DNA of 64,000 nt from Mobula hypostoma (Eukaryota): contig NC_086097.1 in NCBI RefSeq assembly GCF_963921235.1, positions 24,740,001-24,804,000 on the forward strand, read 5' to 3'. Each line of letters opens with the position of its first letter. The stretch's first letter is position 1. This document shows positions 23,902 to 35,554 of the stretch, one piece after another. Both the position numbers and the translations under genes were made by a program. The notes under the pieces are model-generated. The model was not told the origin of the DNA and did no database searches. It was given only the letters and a program-made list of their open reading frames with translations.

Positions 23902-25482
23902 AGGCATAGAAACAGAGAAACATAGAATACCTACAGCACAAAACAGGCCCTTTGGCCCACAAAGCTGTGCCGAACATGTCCTTACCTGAGAAATAACCTA
24001 GGGTTACCCATAGCCCTCTATTTTTCTAGGCTCCATGTACCTATCCAGGAGTCTCTTAAAAGACCCTATCATTTCCGCCTCCACCACCGTCACCGGCAGC
24101 CCATTCCATGCACTCATCATTCTCTGCGTAAAAAACTTACCCCTGATATCTCCTCAGTACCTACTTCCAAGAACCGCAAAATTGTGCCTACTCATGCTAG
24201 CCATTTCAACCCTGGGAAAAAGCCTCTGACTATCCACATGATCAATGCCTCTCATTATCTTATACGCTTCTATCAGATCACCTCTCATCCTCCGTTGCTC
24301 CAAGGAAAAAGGCCAAGTTCATAGACCACCCAATAGTAACAGGGACATCGAGGAGCAAATAGGAAGACAGATTCTGGAAAGGTATAATAATAACAGGGTT
24401 GTCATGGTGGGAGATTTTAATTTCCCAAATATCAATTGGAATGTCTCTAGAGTGAGGGGTTTAGATGGGGTGGAGTTTGTTAGGTGTGTTCAAGAAGGTT
24501 TCTTGACACAATATGTAGATAAGCCTACAAGAGGAGAGGCTGTACTTGATCTGGTATTGGGAAATGAACCTGGTCAGGCATCAGATTGCTCAGTGGGAGA
24601 GCATTTTGGAGATAGTGATCACAATTCTATCTCCATTACCATAGCATTGGAGAGGGATAGGAACAGAAAAGTTAGGAAAGCGTTTAATTGGAGTAAGGGG
24701 AAATATGAGGCTATCAGGCAGAAACTTGGAAGCATAAATTGGAAACAGATGTTCTCAGGGAAATGTACGGAAGAAATGTGGCAAATGTTCAGGAGATACT
24801 TGTGTGGAGTTCTGCATAGGTACGTTCCAATGAGACAGAGAAAGGATGGTAGGGTAGAGGAACCATGGTGTACAAAGGCTGTTGTAAATCTAGTCAAGAA
24901 GAAAAGAAGAGCTTACAAAAGGTTCAAAAAGCTAGGTAATGATAGAGAGCTAGAAGATTATAAGGCTAGCAGGAAGGAGCTCAAGAAAGAAATTAGGAGA
25001 GCCAGAAGGGGCCATGAGAAGGCCTTCGTGGACAGGATTGAGGAAAACCCCAAGGCATTCTACAAGTATGTGAAGAGCAAGAAGACGTTAGAGAATAGGA
25101 TCAATCAAGTGTGACAGTGGAAAAGTGTGTATGGATCCGGAGGAGATAGCAGAGGTATTAATGAGTACTTTGCTTCAGTATTCACTACATAAAAGGGTCT
25201 TGCCGATTGCAGGGATGCCTTACAGTGGACTGAAAAGCTTGAGCATATAAGTATTAAGAAAGAGGATATGCTGGAGCTTTTGGAAAGCATCATGTTGGAA
25301 AAGTCACTGGGACCAGACATGATGTACCCCAGGCTACTGTGGGAGGCGAGGAAAGAAATTGCTGAGCCTCTGGTGATGATCTTTGCATCATCAATGGGGA
25401 CAGGAGAGGTTCCAGAGGATTGGAGGGTTGTGGATGTTGTTCCATTATTCAAGAAAGGGAGTAGAGATAGCTATAAAAAGCT
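23902..25482. mobile_element. 5'-inverted CR1 insertion (3' end on minus 23902-24320; endonuclease-linker segment on plus 24321-25470)
   Basis: Both halves match the 8097-11152 subfamily in opposite orientations; imperfect TSD GTCAGCTAAT / GTCACTAAT. Confidence 0.85.
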
Positions 25483-27298
25483 GTCACTAATCTTCTATCC
25501 ATGCTAGCATCTTTCCTGTAGTATCATGAGATCTTAACATTTTAAGCAGCCTCATGTGCAGTATTTGTCAAAGGCCTTCTAAAAATCCAAGCAAACAACG
25601 TCCATTGACTCCTTTGTCTGTCTTGCCTGTTATTTCGTCAAAGAATTCTAACAGATTTGTCAGGCAAGATTTCCCCTGAAGGAAACCATGCTGACTTTGG
25701 CCTAATTTATCATGTGCCAAATACCCCAAAACCTCATCCTTAATAATGGACTCCAACATCTTCCCCAACCACTGAAATCAGGCTAACTGTCCAATAATTT
25801 CCTTTCTTCCTTTCTTTCCCAATCCTCTTAGACATTCGCAATTTTCCAGTCTGCCAGAGCCATTATAGTATGTAGTGATGCTTGAAACATCATTATGAAT
25901 GGCTCCACAATCTCTTCAGTACCTCTTTTAGAACCCTGGGGTGTTGTCCATCTGGTCCAGGTAAATTATCTATCCTCAGAACTTTCAACTTCCCATGCAC
26001 CTTCTCCCTATTAATAGCAACTACACACTTCTGCCCCAGACACTCTTGAACTCCTGGTGCACTGCTAGTCTTCCATAGTGAAAAATGATGCAAAAAAACA
26101 GTTCATCTGCCATTTCTTTATCCCCTATTACTACCTCTCCAGCATCATTTTCCAGTGGTCCAATACCCACTCTGACCTCTCTTTTACTCTTTATAAATTT
26201 GAAAAAACTTTTGGTATCTCATTTTATATTCTTGGCTAGCTTCCTTTCATATTTCATGTTTTTTACTCCTTATGGCTTTTTACTTGACTTTTGTTGGTTT
26301 TTAAAAGCTTCCCAATCCTCTCATATCCCACTAACTTTTTCTATATTGTATGCCCTCTCATTTGTTTTTTTTCTGTTGTCTTTGACTTCCCTTGTCAGCT
26401 ATAGTTGCCTCATTCTCCCTCTAGAATACTCTTCACCTTTGGGGTTTATTTATCCTGTACCTTCCAAATTGTCCCCAGAAACTCTATCAATTGTTGTTCT
26501 GCCATCATACCTGCCAGTGTCCCCTTCCAATCAACTTTGGACAGCTACTCTCTCGTGCCTCTGTAATTGCCTTTACTCCACCATAATACTTATACATCTG
26601 GCTTTATCTTCTCCTTCTCAAACTGCAGAGTGAATTACATCATATTATGATCACTGACTCCTAAGGTTTCCTTTACCTTAAGCTCCCTAATCAATTCTGG
26701 TTCATTACACAACACCCAATCCAGAATTGCTTTTTCCCTGGTGTGTTCAACCACAAGCAGCTCTAAAAAGTCATTTCCTAGGCCTTCTTCAAAATCCCTC
26801 TCTTGGGATCCAGCACCAACCTAATTTTCCCAATCTATCTGCATATTGAAATTTCCCAAGATTATTGTAACATTGCCTTTTTGCATGCCTTTTTGTCTGC
26901 TATTGTAATTTGCATTCCAGATCCTGACTACTATTTGGAAGCCTGTATACAACTCCCATCAGAGTTTTTTTACCCTCACAGTTTCTTAACTCACCCACAA
27001 TGACTCTACATCTTCCAAACCTATGTCACTTCTTTCTAAGGATTTGATTTTCATTTTTACCAACAGGCCGCCCTAACCCTTCTGATTAACTGCCTGCCCT
27101 TTCAATACAAGGTGTACCCTTGTAAGTTAAGCTCCCAACTATGATCTTCTTTCAGTCACGTCTCAATGATCCCCACAACATCGTATCTGCTTATCTCTAA
27201 CTTGGCTACAAAATTATCTACCTTATTCTATATAAATGCATTCAAACGTAACACCTTCAGTCCGGTATTCATCACCCTTTTCAATTTTGCCCCATGTT

Positions 27299-28045
27299 TC
27301 AATAGGTTTCAAAGGTAGATTAAATGTCAGAAAAATATATATCCTGAAATTCTTTGTCTTCACAAATCTCCATGAAAACAGAGGAGTGCCCCAAAGAATG
27401 AATGAGTTAATTACTAGAATCCCAAAGCGCTCCTCCAGCTCCCCCCCCACACACAAACAGAAGCAAAGCAACGACCCTACCCCCCCCACCAGCAAAAAAG
27501 CTTCGGCACCCCCCTCCCCCGAGCACTCAAGCATGCGGCAAAGCATCAATAAAGACACAGACTTGCAGTACCCCAAGGACTACTCGTTCAGTGGTAATTC
27601 AACATACCACTGGCTCTCTCTCTAAAAAAGAGATGTCCCCGTTTCACAGCGAGAGTGGAGACATAACAAACAACTCGCTGATTTATGATGTCAAAAGTTT
27701 GTTGCATCGCTTTTTCCGAGCTCTGCACCCAGAGAGTTCGGAGCCAGGCTCATGCTTCTGGACACACAGCTCACGGCAGCTAACCCGCATTCTCCCGCGC
27801 TGCCTCAGTCTTGAATCAACCCACCTCCAGAGCCACAAAAATGCGGCACCCTGGAGGTGTCTTCCAGGCTGCGTCTGTGGGATTTCAAAAAGCGTTCCAT
27901 TCCCGCAAACAACCAAAGTCAGAGTTTACCTCCAGGACAGAGTCTTCAAAAGAACCTTGAAAAGGGAAAAAAGAGATATCAAAAATAGAAACAGAGCTGT
28001 TTCCAAAGATGTAAGCAAAGGAGTTGCGGTTTAGCACCATCATCA
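27299..28045 (-). mobile_element. Non-coding interspersed insertion (probable non-autonomous LINE derivative) within CR1
   Basis: Interrupts otherwise collinear CR1 sequence (..TTTTGCCCCATG / GCCCCATATCACACTTC..); no credible ORF. Confidence 0.55.
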
Positions 28046-28606
28046 CTTTGCCCTGCCCCATATCACACTTCAACTCATCCCACTGTCTGCAATTTTGCCC
28101 TATTGTCTGCCTGTCCTTCCTCACAGTCTCACCACAGACTGCATGTACTTGTATACCAACTGCCACATTCTTAGTCCTTTCATTCTAGTTCCCATCCCCC
28201 TGCCAAGTTAGTTTAAACCCTTCCCAACAGCTCCAGCAAACCTGCCTGCAAGGATATTGGTCCCCCTCGTGTTCAGGTGTAATCTGTCCTTTTTGTACAG
28301 GCCATATGTTCCCAAGAAGAGATCCCAGTGATGCAGAAATCTGAAACCCTGCACCCTGTGGCAATTCCTCAGTCACATAATCATCTGTCAAATCACCCTA
28401 TTCTTACCCTCACTGGCACGTGGCACAGGGAGCAATCCAAAGGTTACTACACTGGAGGTCCCGCTTTTCAGCTTTCTATCTACCTCCCTATATTCTGTCT
28501 TCAGGACCTCCTCCCATTTCCTACCTATTTCATTGGTACCAATATGTGCAGTGACTTTGGGGTGTTTCCTCTCCCCTTTTAGAATGCCACCAACCCAATC
28601 CGAGAC

Positions 28607-29210
28607 AACAGACAACAGACAATAGGTGCAGCAGTAGGCTATTCAGCCCTTCGAGCCAGCACCACCATTCACTGTGATCATGGCTGATGATCCACAATCC
28701 GTACCCTTTTCCTGCCTTCTCCCCATATCCCTTCACTCCGCTATCTTTAAGAGCTCTATCTAACTCTTTTTTGAAAGAATCCAGAGAATTGGCCTCCACT
28801 GCCTTCTGAGGCAGAGTATTCCACAGAACCACAACCCTCTGTGTGAAAAAGTTTTTCTTCAACTCCGTTCTAAGTTGTCTACCCCTTATTCTTAAACTGT
28901 GGCCTCTGGTTCTGGACTCCCCCAACATCGGGAACATGTTTCCTGCCTCTCGCGTGTCCAATCCCTTAATAATCTTACATGTTTCAATCAGATCCCCTCT
29001 CATCCTTCTACATTCCAGTGTTTACAACCCCAGTCGCTCCAATCTTTCAACATATGACAGTCCCGCCATCCCGGGAATTAACCTCGTGAACCTACGCTGC
29101 ACTCCCTCAATAGCTAGAATGTCCTTCCTCAAATTTGGAGACCAAAACTGTACACAATATTCCAGATGTGGTCTCACCAGGGCCCTGTACAACTGCAGAA
29201 GGACCCCTTT
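28607..29210 (-). mobile_element. CR1 3' fragment (different subfamily) nested in CR1 ORF1
   Basis: LLQLYRALVRPHLEYCVQFWSP..KKNFFTQRVVVLWNTLP; (TTGTCTG)n tail; GACA duplicated at the junctions. Confidence 0.9.
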
Positions 29211-30064
29211 GACATCTCTGACCCTGGGCATCTGGGAAGTAAAATGTCATCTGGGTGTATTGATCACATCCACAGAATCTCCTGTCTGCTCCCGTATGGA
29301 ATCCCCTATCACTACTGTACTCCTCTTCTCCCCCATTCTCTTGTGAGCCACAGAGCCAGCTCAGTGCCAGAGACCTGCATGCTGCTGCTTCTCCCCGTTG
29401 TTACGCCCCAAACAGCATCCAAAACAGTATACTTATTATTGATGGGAACAACCACAGGGGTTCTCTGCACTGGCTGCCTATTCCCTTTCCCTTTCCGGAC
29501 ATTCACCCAGTTACTTGCTTCCTGCAACTTAGGGATGACTACTTCCCTGTAGCTCCTACCAGTCACCTCCTAGTTCTCCCGTATGAGCCGAAGGTCATTG
29601 AGGTGCTGATCCAGTTCTCTTAACACAGTCTCCAAGGAGCTGCAGCTTGGTTTACTTCATACAGATATAGTTATCAGAGACTGGAGGTCCCACGAAGTTC
29701 CTACATCTGGGTGATGGTAGATGCAGATACATTAGGGGCATTGAAGAAACTCTTAGATAGGCACATGGATGATAGAAAAGTGGAGTGCAGTGTAGGAAGG
29801 GAGATATAGATTGATCTTAGAGTGGGTTAAAAGGTCAGCACAACATTATGGGCTGAAGGGCCTGTACTGTGCAGTAGTGTTCTGTGCTCTATGCACTCAG
29901 CAGGTGCAGTGGCATCTGGAGAGAGAGGGAAAAGGAGAGAGACAGAGATAGAGAGATCGAAGAACCTTTGTCAGTTCTGATGAAGGATATTTGTCTTAAA
30001 TGTTAAATCTGATTTCTCTTTACACAGATTTCAAAGTTCAAAGTAAATTTATTATTAAAGTACA

Positions 30065-30636
30065 TACTCTCTGTGGGCACTTTATTAAGAGCCTCCTGTA
30101 CCTAATAAAGTGATCATTGAGTGTATGCTTGTGATCTCCTTCTGCTGTAGCTCATCCACTTCAAGGATTGACATGTTCCGCATTCAGAGATGTTCTTCTT
30201 CACACACTGATGTAACGCATAGTTTCTGAGTTACTGTCGTCTTCATATCAACTTGAACCAGTCTGGCTGTCCCCCTCTGACCTCTCTCATTAACAAGGCA
30301 TCTTTGCCTACAGAACTGCCACTCATTGGATGTTTTAGTGTTTTTTCACACCATTCTCTGTAAACTCTAGAGACTATTTTGCGTGAAAATCCCAGGAGAT
30401 CAGCAATTTCTGAGAATCTCAAACCACCTCATCCAGGAACAACAATCATTCCAAAGTCAGAGTAACTTGGATCAAATTTCTTCCCCACTCTGATGTTCAG
30501 TCTGAACAAAAGCTGAACCTCTTGACCATGTCTGCACACTTTTATGCATTGAGTTGCTGCCACATGATTGGCTGATTAGATATTTACATTAATGAGCAGA
30601 TGTACAGGTTTCCTAATAAGGTGGCCACTGAGTGTA
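30065..30636 (-). mobile_element. Internally deleted Tc1/mariner element with an extra inverted TIR at one end
   Basis: TIR ~CACTCAGTGGCCACTTTATTAGG with TA flanks; internal sequence is the reverse complement of the 38991-39516 copy. Confidence 0.85.
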
Positions 30637-30670
30637 TTTTATTGTTACACCAATTCCCATCAACTACCTT

Positions 30671-31560
30671 CAGTAAGAGAATGAGGGGAAATTTGATTGG
30701 GGTATACAAAATTATGAGCGGTGTTGATGGGTACACCTTTTTCCACTGAGATTGGGTGAGGTTAGAACTAGAGGTCACAGGATAAGGGTGAAAGGTGAAA
30801 TACATAAGGGAAACCTGAGAAGAAAGTTCTTCACTCAGAGAGTGTGGAACGAGCTGTCAGGGGAAATGGTGACTGCAAGCTCAATGTCAACTCTCAAGAG
30901 AAGTTTGGATAAGTACATAGATGGGTCTGGCATGGAGGGCTTTGGTCCAGGTGCAGATCAATGGGACTAAGTTTGGCACAGACTAGATGGGCCGAAGGAC
31001 CTGTTTCTGCATTACAGTGCTCTATGACTCTATGACTGCATTCAGTAATGAGAGGAGACGTGCACAAAGGAAACAGTGAACAACATGGCCCTGGAGAGTG
31101 CTGTAGAACTGAGGATCCTTGGATTTCAGGTACATGAAGGTGGAGTCACAGGTGGACAAGGCTGTGGAAGAAGGCTTTTGGTACACTGCCCTTCATTAGT
31201 CAGAGCATCGAGTAGAGCAGTTGGGATGTTAGGCTGCAGTTGTACAAGACATTGGTGAAGCTAAATTTGGAATATTGTGTTCAATTTTAGTCGCCTGGTT
31301 ATAGGAAATACATTATTGAGCTAGATAGAGTGCAAAGGAGATTTAGGTGGATGTTGGAAGGACACAAGGCACTAAGTTATGAAGAGGGGTTGAGCAAATT
31401 GGGACTTTATTCACTGGAACATAGGAGACTATAAGCTCATGAGAGCCATAGATGGGGTGATGGTGCACCATCTTTATGGCGGGGTTGAAAAATCAGGAAC
31501 CAAAGGACATAAGTTTAGGGTGAGAGGGGAGAGATTTACTCAGAACTTGAGAGGCAAATA
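30671..31560 (+). mobile_element. Two adjacent decayed CR1 3' fragments
   Basis: RTRGHRIRVKGE..FFTQRVWNEL; LYKTLV..LEYCVQF remnants. Confidence 0.75.
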
Positions 31561-34453
31561 ATGTTTTTATTTCAGATTTACAGCACCTGCAGGTTTTTTT
31601 TAAAAAAATACTTTCACCCAAGGAGCGTGGGGCTGAAGTACAACTGGGACTTCGGCAGCAACCTCGCCAGGTAGGATTCCTGTCAGTGGAGAGCTCAGAG
31701 TCAGACACCGTGAGTTCATGTCCCATTCCCAAAATCTGATCACACACAACTCGTCTCCACACCGCAACCCCCAGAGCTTTGTCAAGCAAGAAATTAAACT
31801 GAGCCTCAGTTCTACCCTAAGCAACACACACAAAATGCTGGAGGAGGATGTCGGCTGGATGTAAAGGAAGCCACCACTGGGCTTTGAAGAAGGGCAAAGA
31901 AGTGTACTATAGCAAACTCTCTTCCCTCAGCTAGCACTTCCAAACAAAATTAATACCTTCAAGCTGGTGTTTGTGGAAGGTTGCTAGGTGGAAACTGCTG
32001 GCCTGACAGTGCACTCAAAAGAGTGGCTTGGAGGGGTGCGGTTAGTGCTATGTCAGTGCAGGAGTTTCTCTGTATCTTTGAACATATCACATAGATCATT
32101 ACAGCACATTGCAGACCCTTCAACCCATGATGTGGTACTGAACTATTAACCTACTCTCAATCTAACCCTTCCCTCCTACATAGCCCTCCATTTTTCTATC
32201 AACCATGTACTATCTTGGAAGGTTTCTGGTAGGGACCTAATCCCACCAAGATGTCTCTGAAGCTGTGGAGTGAGGTTTTGACCATAAGACGTAGGAGCAG
32301 AATTAGGTCATCCGGGCCTAATTTTTGGGCTGGGCTGAGTGTGAGGTTCCCTTAGGGCAGGAATTCCCAACCTGGAGTCCACAGACCTTTCGGATAGTGT
32401 AAGGCTCCATGACATAAAAATGGTTGGGAACCCCCTGCCTTTGGGGTTCTCTGCAGAGAGGAGGAAGTAGGCCCTTGGAGATGGGCAGTGCTTTGAGGTA
32501 CAGACCCGAGTTTCACCTATACAGCAGTTCAGGAAGAAAAGCCTCAGCGTTACCAGCAGGAACTGGAGTTACTACTGAAAAATAGGCCACCTGGGAAAAG
32601 AGGTGTGATGCCTTCAAAACTATGAAGAATGCTCAGCTGGAGAGGATAATAACTGAAGAGACATTTGCAATTCACAGACTGAGTGATCTTAGCTGAGATT
32701 AAAACCCAATGTCCTTTGTGGAATTTCCCATCCTCTCCTCCCTCCCTCCGAAAAGACTTGTTGAATGATGCTGTTTAAAACTGTTCCCCTCCTAACTATG
32801 GACCTTCCTCTTTCCAGCTAACCTTTCCCCCTAAACCCTCCCTGTCTCCTAATCCACCCCTACCTCCCTGCTCCAGCTTGCTGTTTTGTTCTTAAACTTT
32901 CCCTAAATGCAACTTACTTTAAGCATGCATTATTAACACTTCAAGCAATCAAAGTGACCCATTCTGTGCTGGTTCCTTTAACTCTGTACCGACGTACATC
33001 CAGAATGCACGCCATTTTTACACACCCTGAGGGGAATTAAAATCTATGTTTTTTTTGTGATGTTATGGGTTTAAAAACAGAAAAGAGTAAATTGCAATAA
33101 ACCAGAGATAATTTCACCTCATTTCATGAGGCCTGGGTGACAGGTAAATATTTGTGACCCTCTTTACTCTGTCTCTGTGCATCTGGCTGTTCATCTTTTT
33201 AAGGTGTGCTGTAGGGGAAAGATTTTACTTTGGTTTATATTTTTCTCAAAACAAGGATTTGTTTCGCCAGTAATATTTTTTATATAAAGCTTTGGGCTTT
33301 TTATATTTTCTTTCAAAAATTGCTACTTCTTTTTGATTCTGCTGAACATTTTATTGGGAAAAAATATTTGTGCTGATAATTTTCTTCTTTTAAATAAAGT
33401 GAATCACAAACCACTTCAAGCCGTGGCAACGCTTAGGGTGGGGTGTAGGTTACTTTCTATCATCTGCACTCTGTTTTCTCCTACCCTTTGTTCATTAGGT
33501 TAACTTGGTTTGCCATGATGGTTCTCCTGGAGGATGCCTTAAAGAGCCCAAGCGGTGGTGGGGGAGATGGAACAGCCTTCTCTCACCCCCTCCTCTACTC
33601 TCCTCTCTGGCTCACCAACCCCCCCCCCCCACATCTACCCAATATCACAGAACGCCTGGTAGTGGGGTATGGCAGATGGCCCATACTCCACTATGCCACT
33701 GGTTCTGGTCTTACGACACTTGGGCCTGCAGTACATCTCCCAACGTGCCTGTGACTGCGGGTTTCCCGTGGGTTTCCTCCGGATGCTCCAGTTCCCACTC
33801 ACAGTCCAAAAACCTACTGGTGGCTAGGTTAATTGGCCATTGTAAATTGTCCCGTGATTAGGTTCAGATTAAATTGGGGGGGTGGGGGTGGGGTTGGGCA
33901 GCTTGGCCCAATGGGTCAGAAGGGCCTATTCTGCACTGTATCTCAATCAAATAAAAAAAATAATATTTTACTCCCTGCTGCCTCTTAATCGCGGGACACA
34001 AACAAAATCCTGTATTTGTTAACACGGGCAGAACCGGAATTTAAAAAGCTTTCTTTGTGCATCTCAGGGGAGTGACGCAGTTGGCATCATCGCCCACCCA
34101 CCCACACCCCCTGTTCCATTCCACCAGGCGGTAAAAAGAAGCCCCCTTTTGCGGATACTTACCAAAACACAGTATATGTGTGCTCTCAATATTTGGAAAT
34201 ACAACATTAACTTCACACAGTTTGAAGTGGTTTGGAGCGGTTGGAAAAGATGATTTATTTAGATTTTTTTCGGGAAAAGCTGTTTAAAGTTTAAAACAAA
34301 TTATATATTTATATATTTATATATGGACTGCATGGTGAAGAAGTTGCAGCTTAGGGTTTGTAAAATGTCAGTGTTAGAGTTATGTTTTTTTCTTTCCATA
34401 GATGGGCATGTATATGCTCATATATTTGTATATCCCCCATCCCTTCCTTACAG

Positions 34454-34563
34454 CTAAAAGCGCTAACGCAGCCAGATCGCTTGGTCCCACCCTGACATGG
34501 ACATGGCAACTTTTATACACATTCACTCCCATCATCTTCATCTCCCCCATAGTGCACTCATAG
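34454..34563 (+). CDS. NRXN3: NRXN3 alternative SS5 (AS5) exon, coding part: (A)KSANAARSLGPTLTWTWQLLYTFTPIIFISPIVHS*, GPI-signal-like tail lacking the transmembrane domain
   Basis: Acceptor CCCATCCCTTCCTTACAG|CT, phase 1 like the terminal-exon acceptors. The translation closely matches the recalled mammalian NRXN3 tail ARSSNAARSLRAALTWTWRLTYTFTPIIFISCVVHS. Confidence 0.88.
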
Positions 34564-35115
34564 GGCAGAACCCGGAAATGTTAAACCTCATCTCCCCCAC
34601 CCTCTCCCTCACCCACCATCCTCCTCTCCTCCACCACCTCCCCCTTTCAGGCAGTGTTCAAAATTGTAGAGTACCAGTCAACCAATTGTCTAATGGAAAA
34701 AAAACAAGAGAGATAAAAGAAAAGATTTAATTTTAAACAATGCTATCTCAACATAAAAGATTAAAAATAAAGGAAGTGCTAGATTTGTAGATATTTAACA
34801 GCAAAACAGACAGAAAAGAAATTGAACTGACACAATGTGCAGTCTTTTTTTTGTAGTTCCTGATCTATTTTAAACAACAAGCAACAAAAAAAAGCAGAGT
34901 CGCCTATTGGTGCAGAATTATTTTCATGTTGTGTGGTGTGAATGTAAATGTGTTGTTGCCTTCCCCTTTGTAATCATATTGTCAGCGAGTTTTATTTTTT
35001 GCTAATGACAAAAAAATTGAGAATAATATAGCAAACGTGTCCAAGAGTATCTTACACAACTTTCTTTTTATAAATTTTTTTCTTCATGCCAAAATCATGC
35101 GGGCAATTTATTGAT
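34564..35115 (+). other. NRXN3: Probable untranslated remainder of the SS5 exon, ending at donor GAT|GTAAGT (35115/35116)
   Basis: Consensus GTAAGT donor; TE-free sequence; several internal acceptor-like sites. Confidence 0.55.
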
Positions 35116-35554
35116 GTAAGTTGACAAAAACTTATTTGGTATCTATTCTTATCTATATGTATATATTGGATATATATGTGTGCATCATATATATACATAT
35201 AAACTTTCTTGGATGTGTTTTAGGCTGTAATGCTTATTAATTAATTTACAAAACGCTATTATCATTTCAAACTTTTTTGGTTTTTTAAACGGGAACGTTT
35301 ATTGATTTTTTTTAACGTGCCAGATTTTTATTTGAGTTGCGCTGCGGCTGTTATATTGCAAGTAAGGGGATCGGTTTTTTTTCTTTTCAGCTCGGTGGCT
35401 GTTGCATCTCTACGTGTGTTGTGATTTCCTCTTTTTTTGAGTCGGGTTCAGTTTTTGAGTGGGGTGTGTGTGTGTTGGCGTGGTGTGCGTGCGCTTGTTT
35501 GTGTGCACAGGCCAAATACCTTGCTAACAGCCTCTCTTTCTTCTTCCGTCCTAG

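Larger units (their letters stand above)
22668..29705 (-). mobile_element. Near full-length decayed CR1 LINE (esterase-type ORF1 + ORF2) hosting four younger insertions
   Basis: Collinear pieces: 3' UTR at 22668, RT (QHGFLQGKSCLTNLLEFF), endonuclease region at ~26600-27250, ORF1 HIGTNEIGRK..GLLPVPRASEG (28388-28600) and WVNVRKGK..PINNKYTVL (29312-29566). Confidence 0.85.

Noticed and set aside
24245..25114. 289-aa ORF
   Set aside because: Chimera across the CR1 inversion junction; partial ORF2 only.
3900..34380. Upstream NRXN3 Cys-loop exon (..AECSSDDED..)
   Set aside because: Not found by eye in the unique islands; it probably lies left of the window, though a missed short exon cannot be excluded.
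34497..34730. 77-aa His-rich ORF MDMATFIHIH.. as a separate gene
   Set aside because: It is an alternative frame of the SS5 exon. Its start is not reachable from a phase-1 junction; only its tail is, via acceptor 34651.
35437..35554. N-terminal 39 codons of the 346-aa ORF
   Set aside because: TTG start in intronic sequence upstream of the branch point and acceptor; neurexin similarity starts at GGELV.
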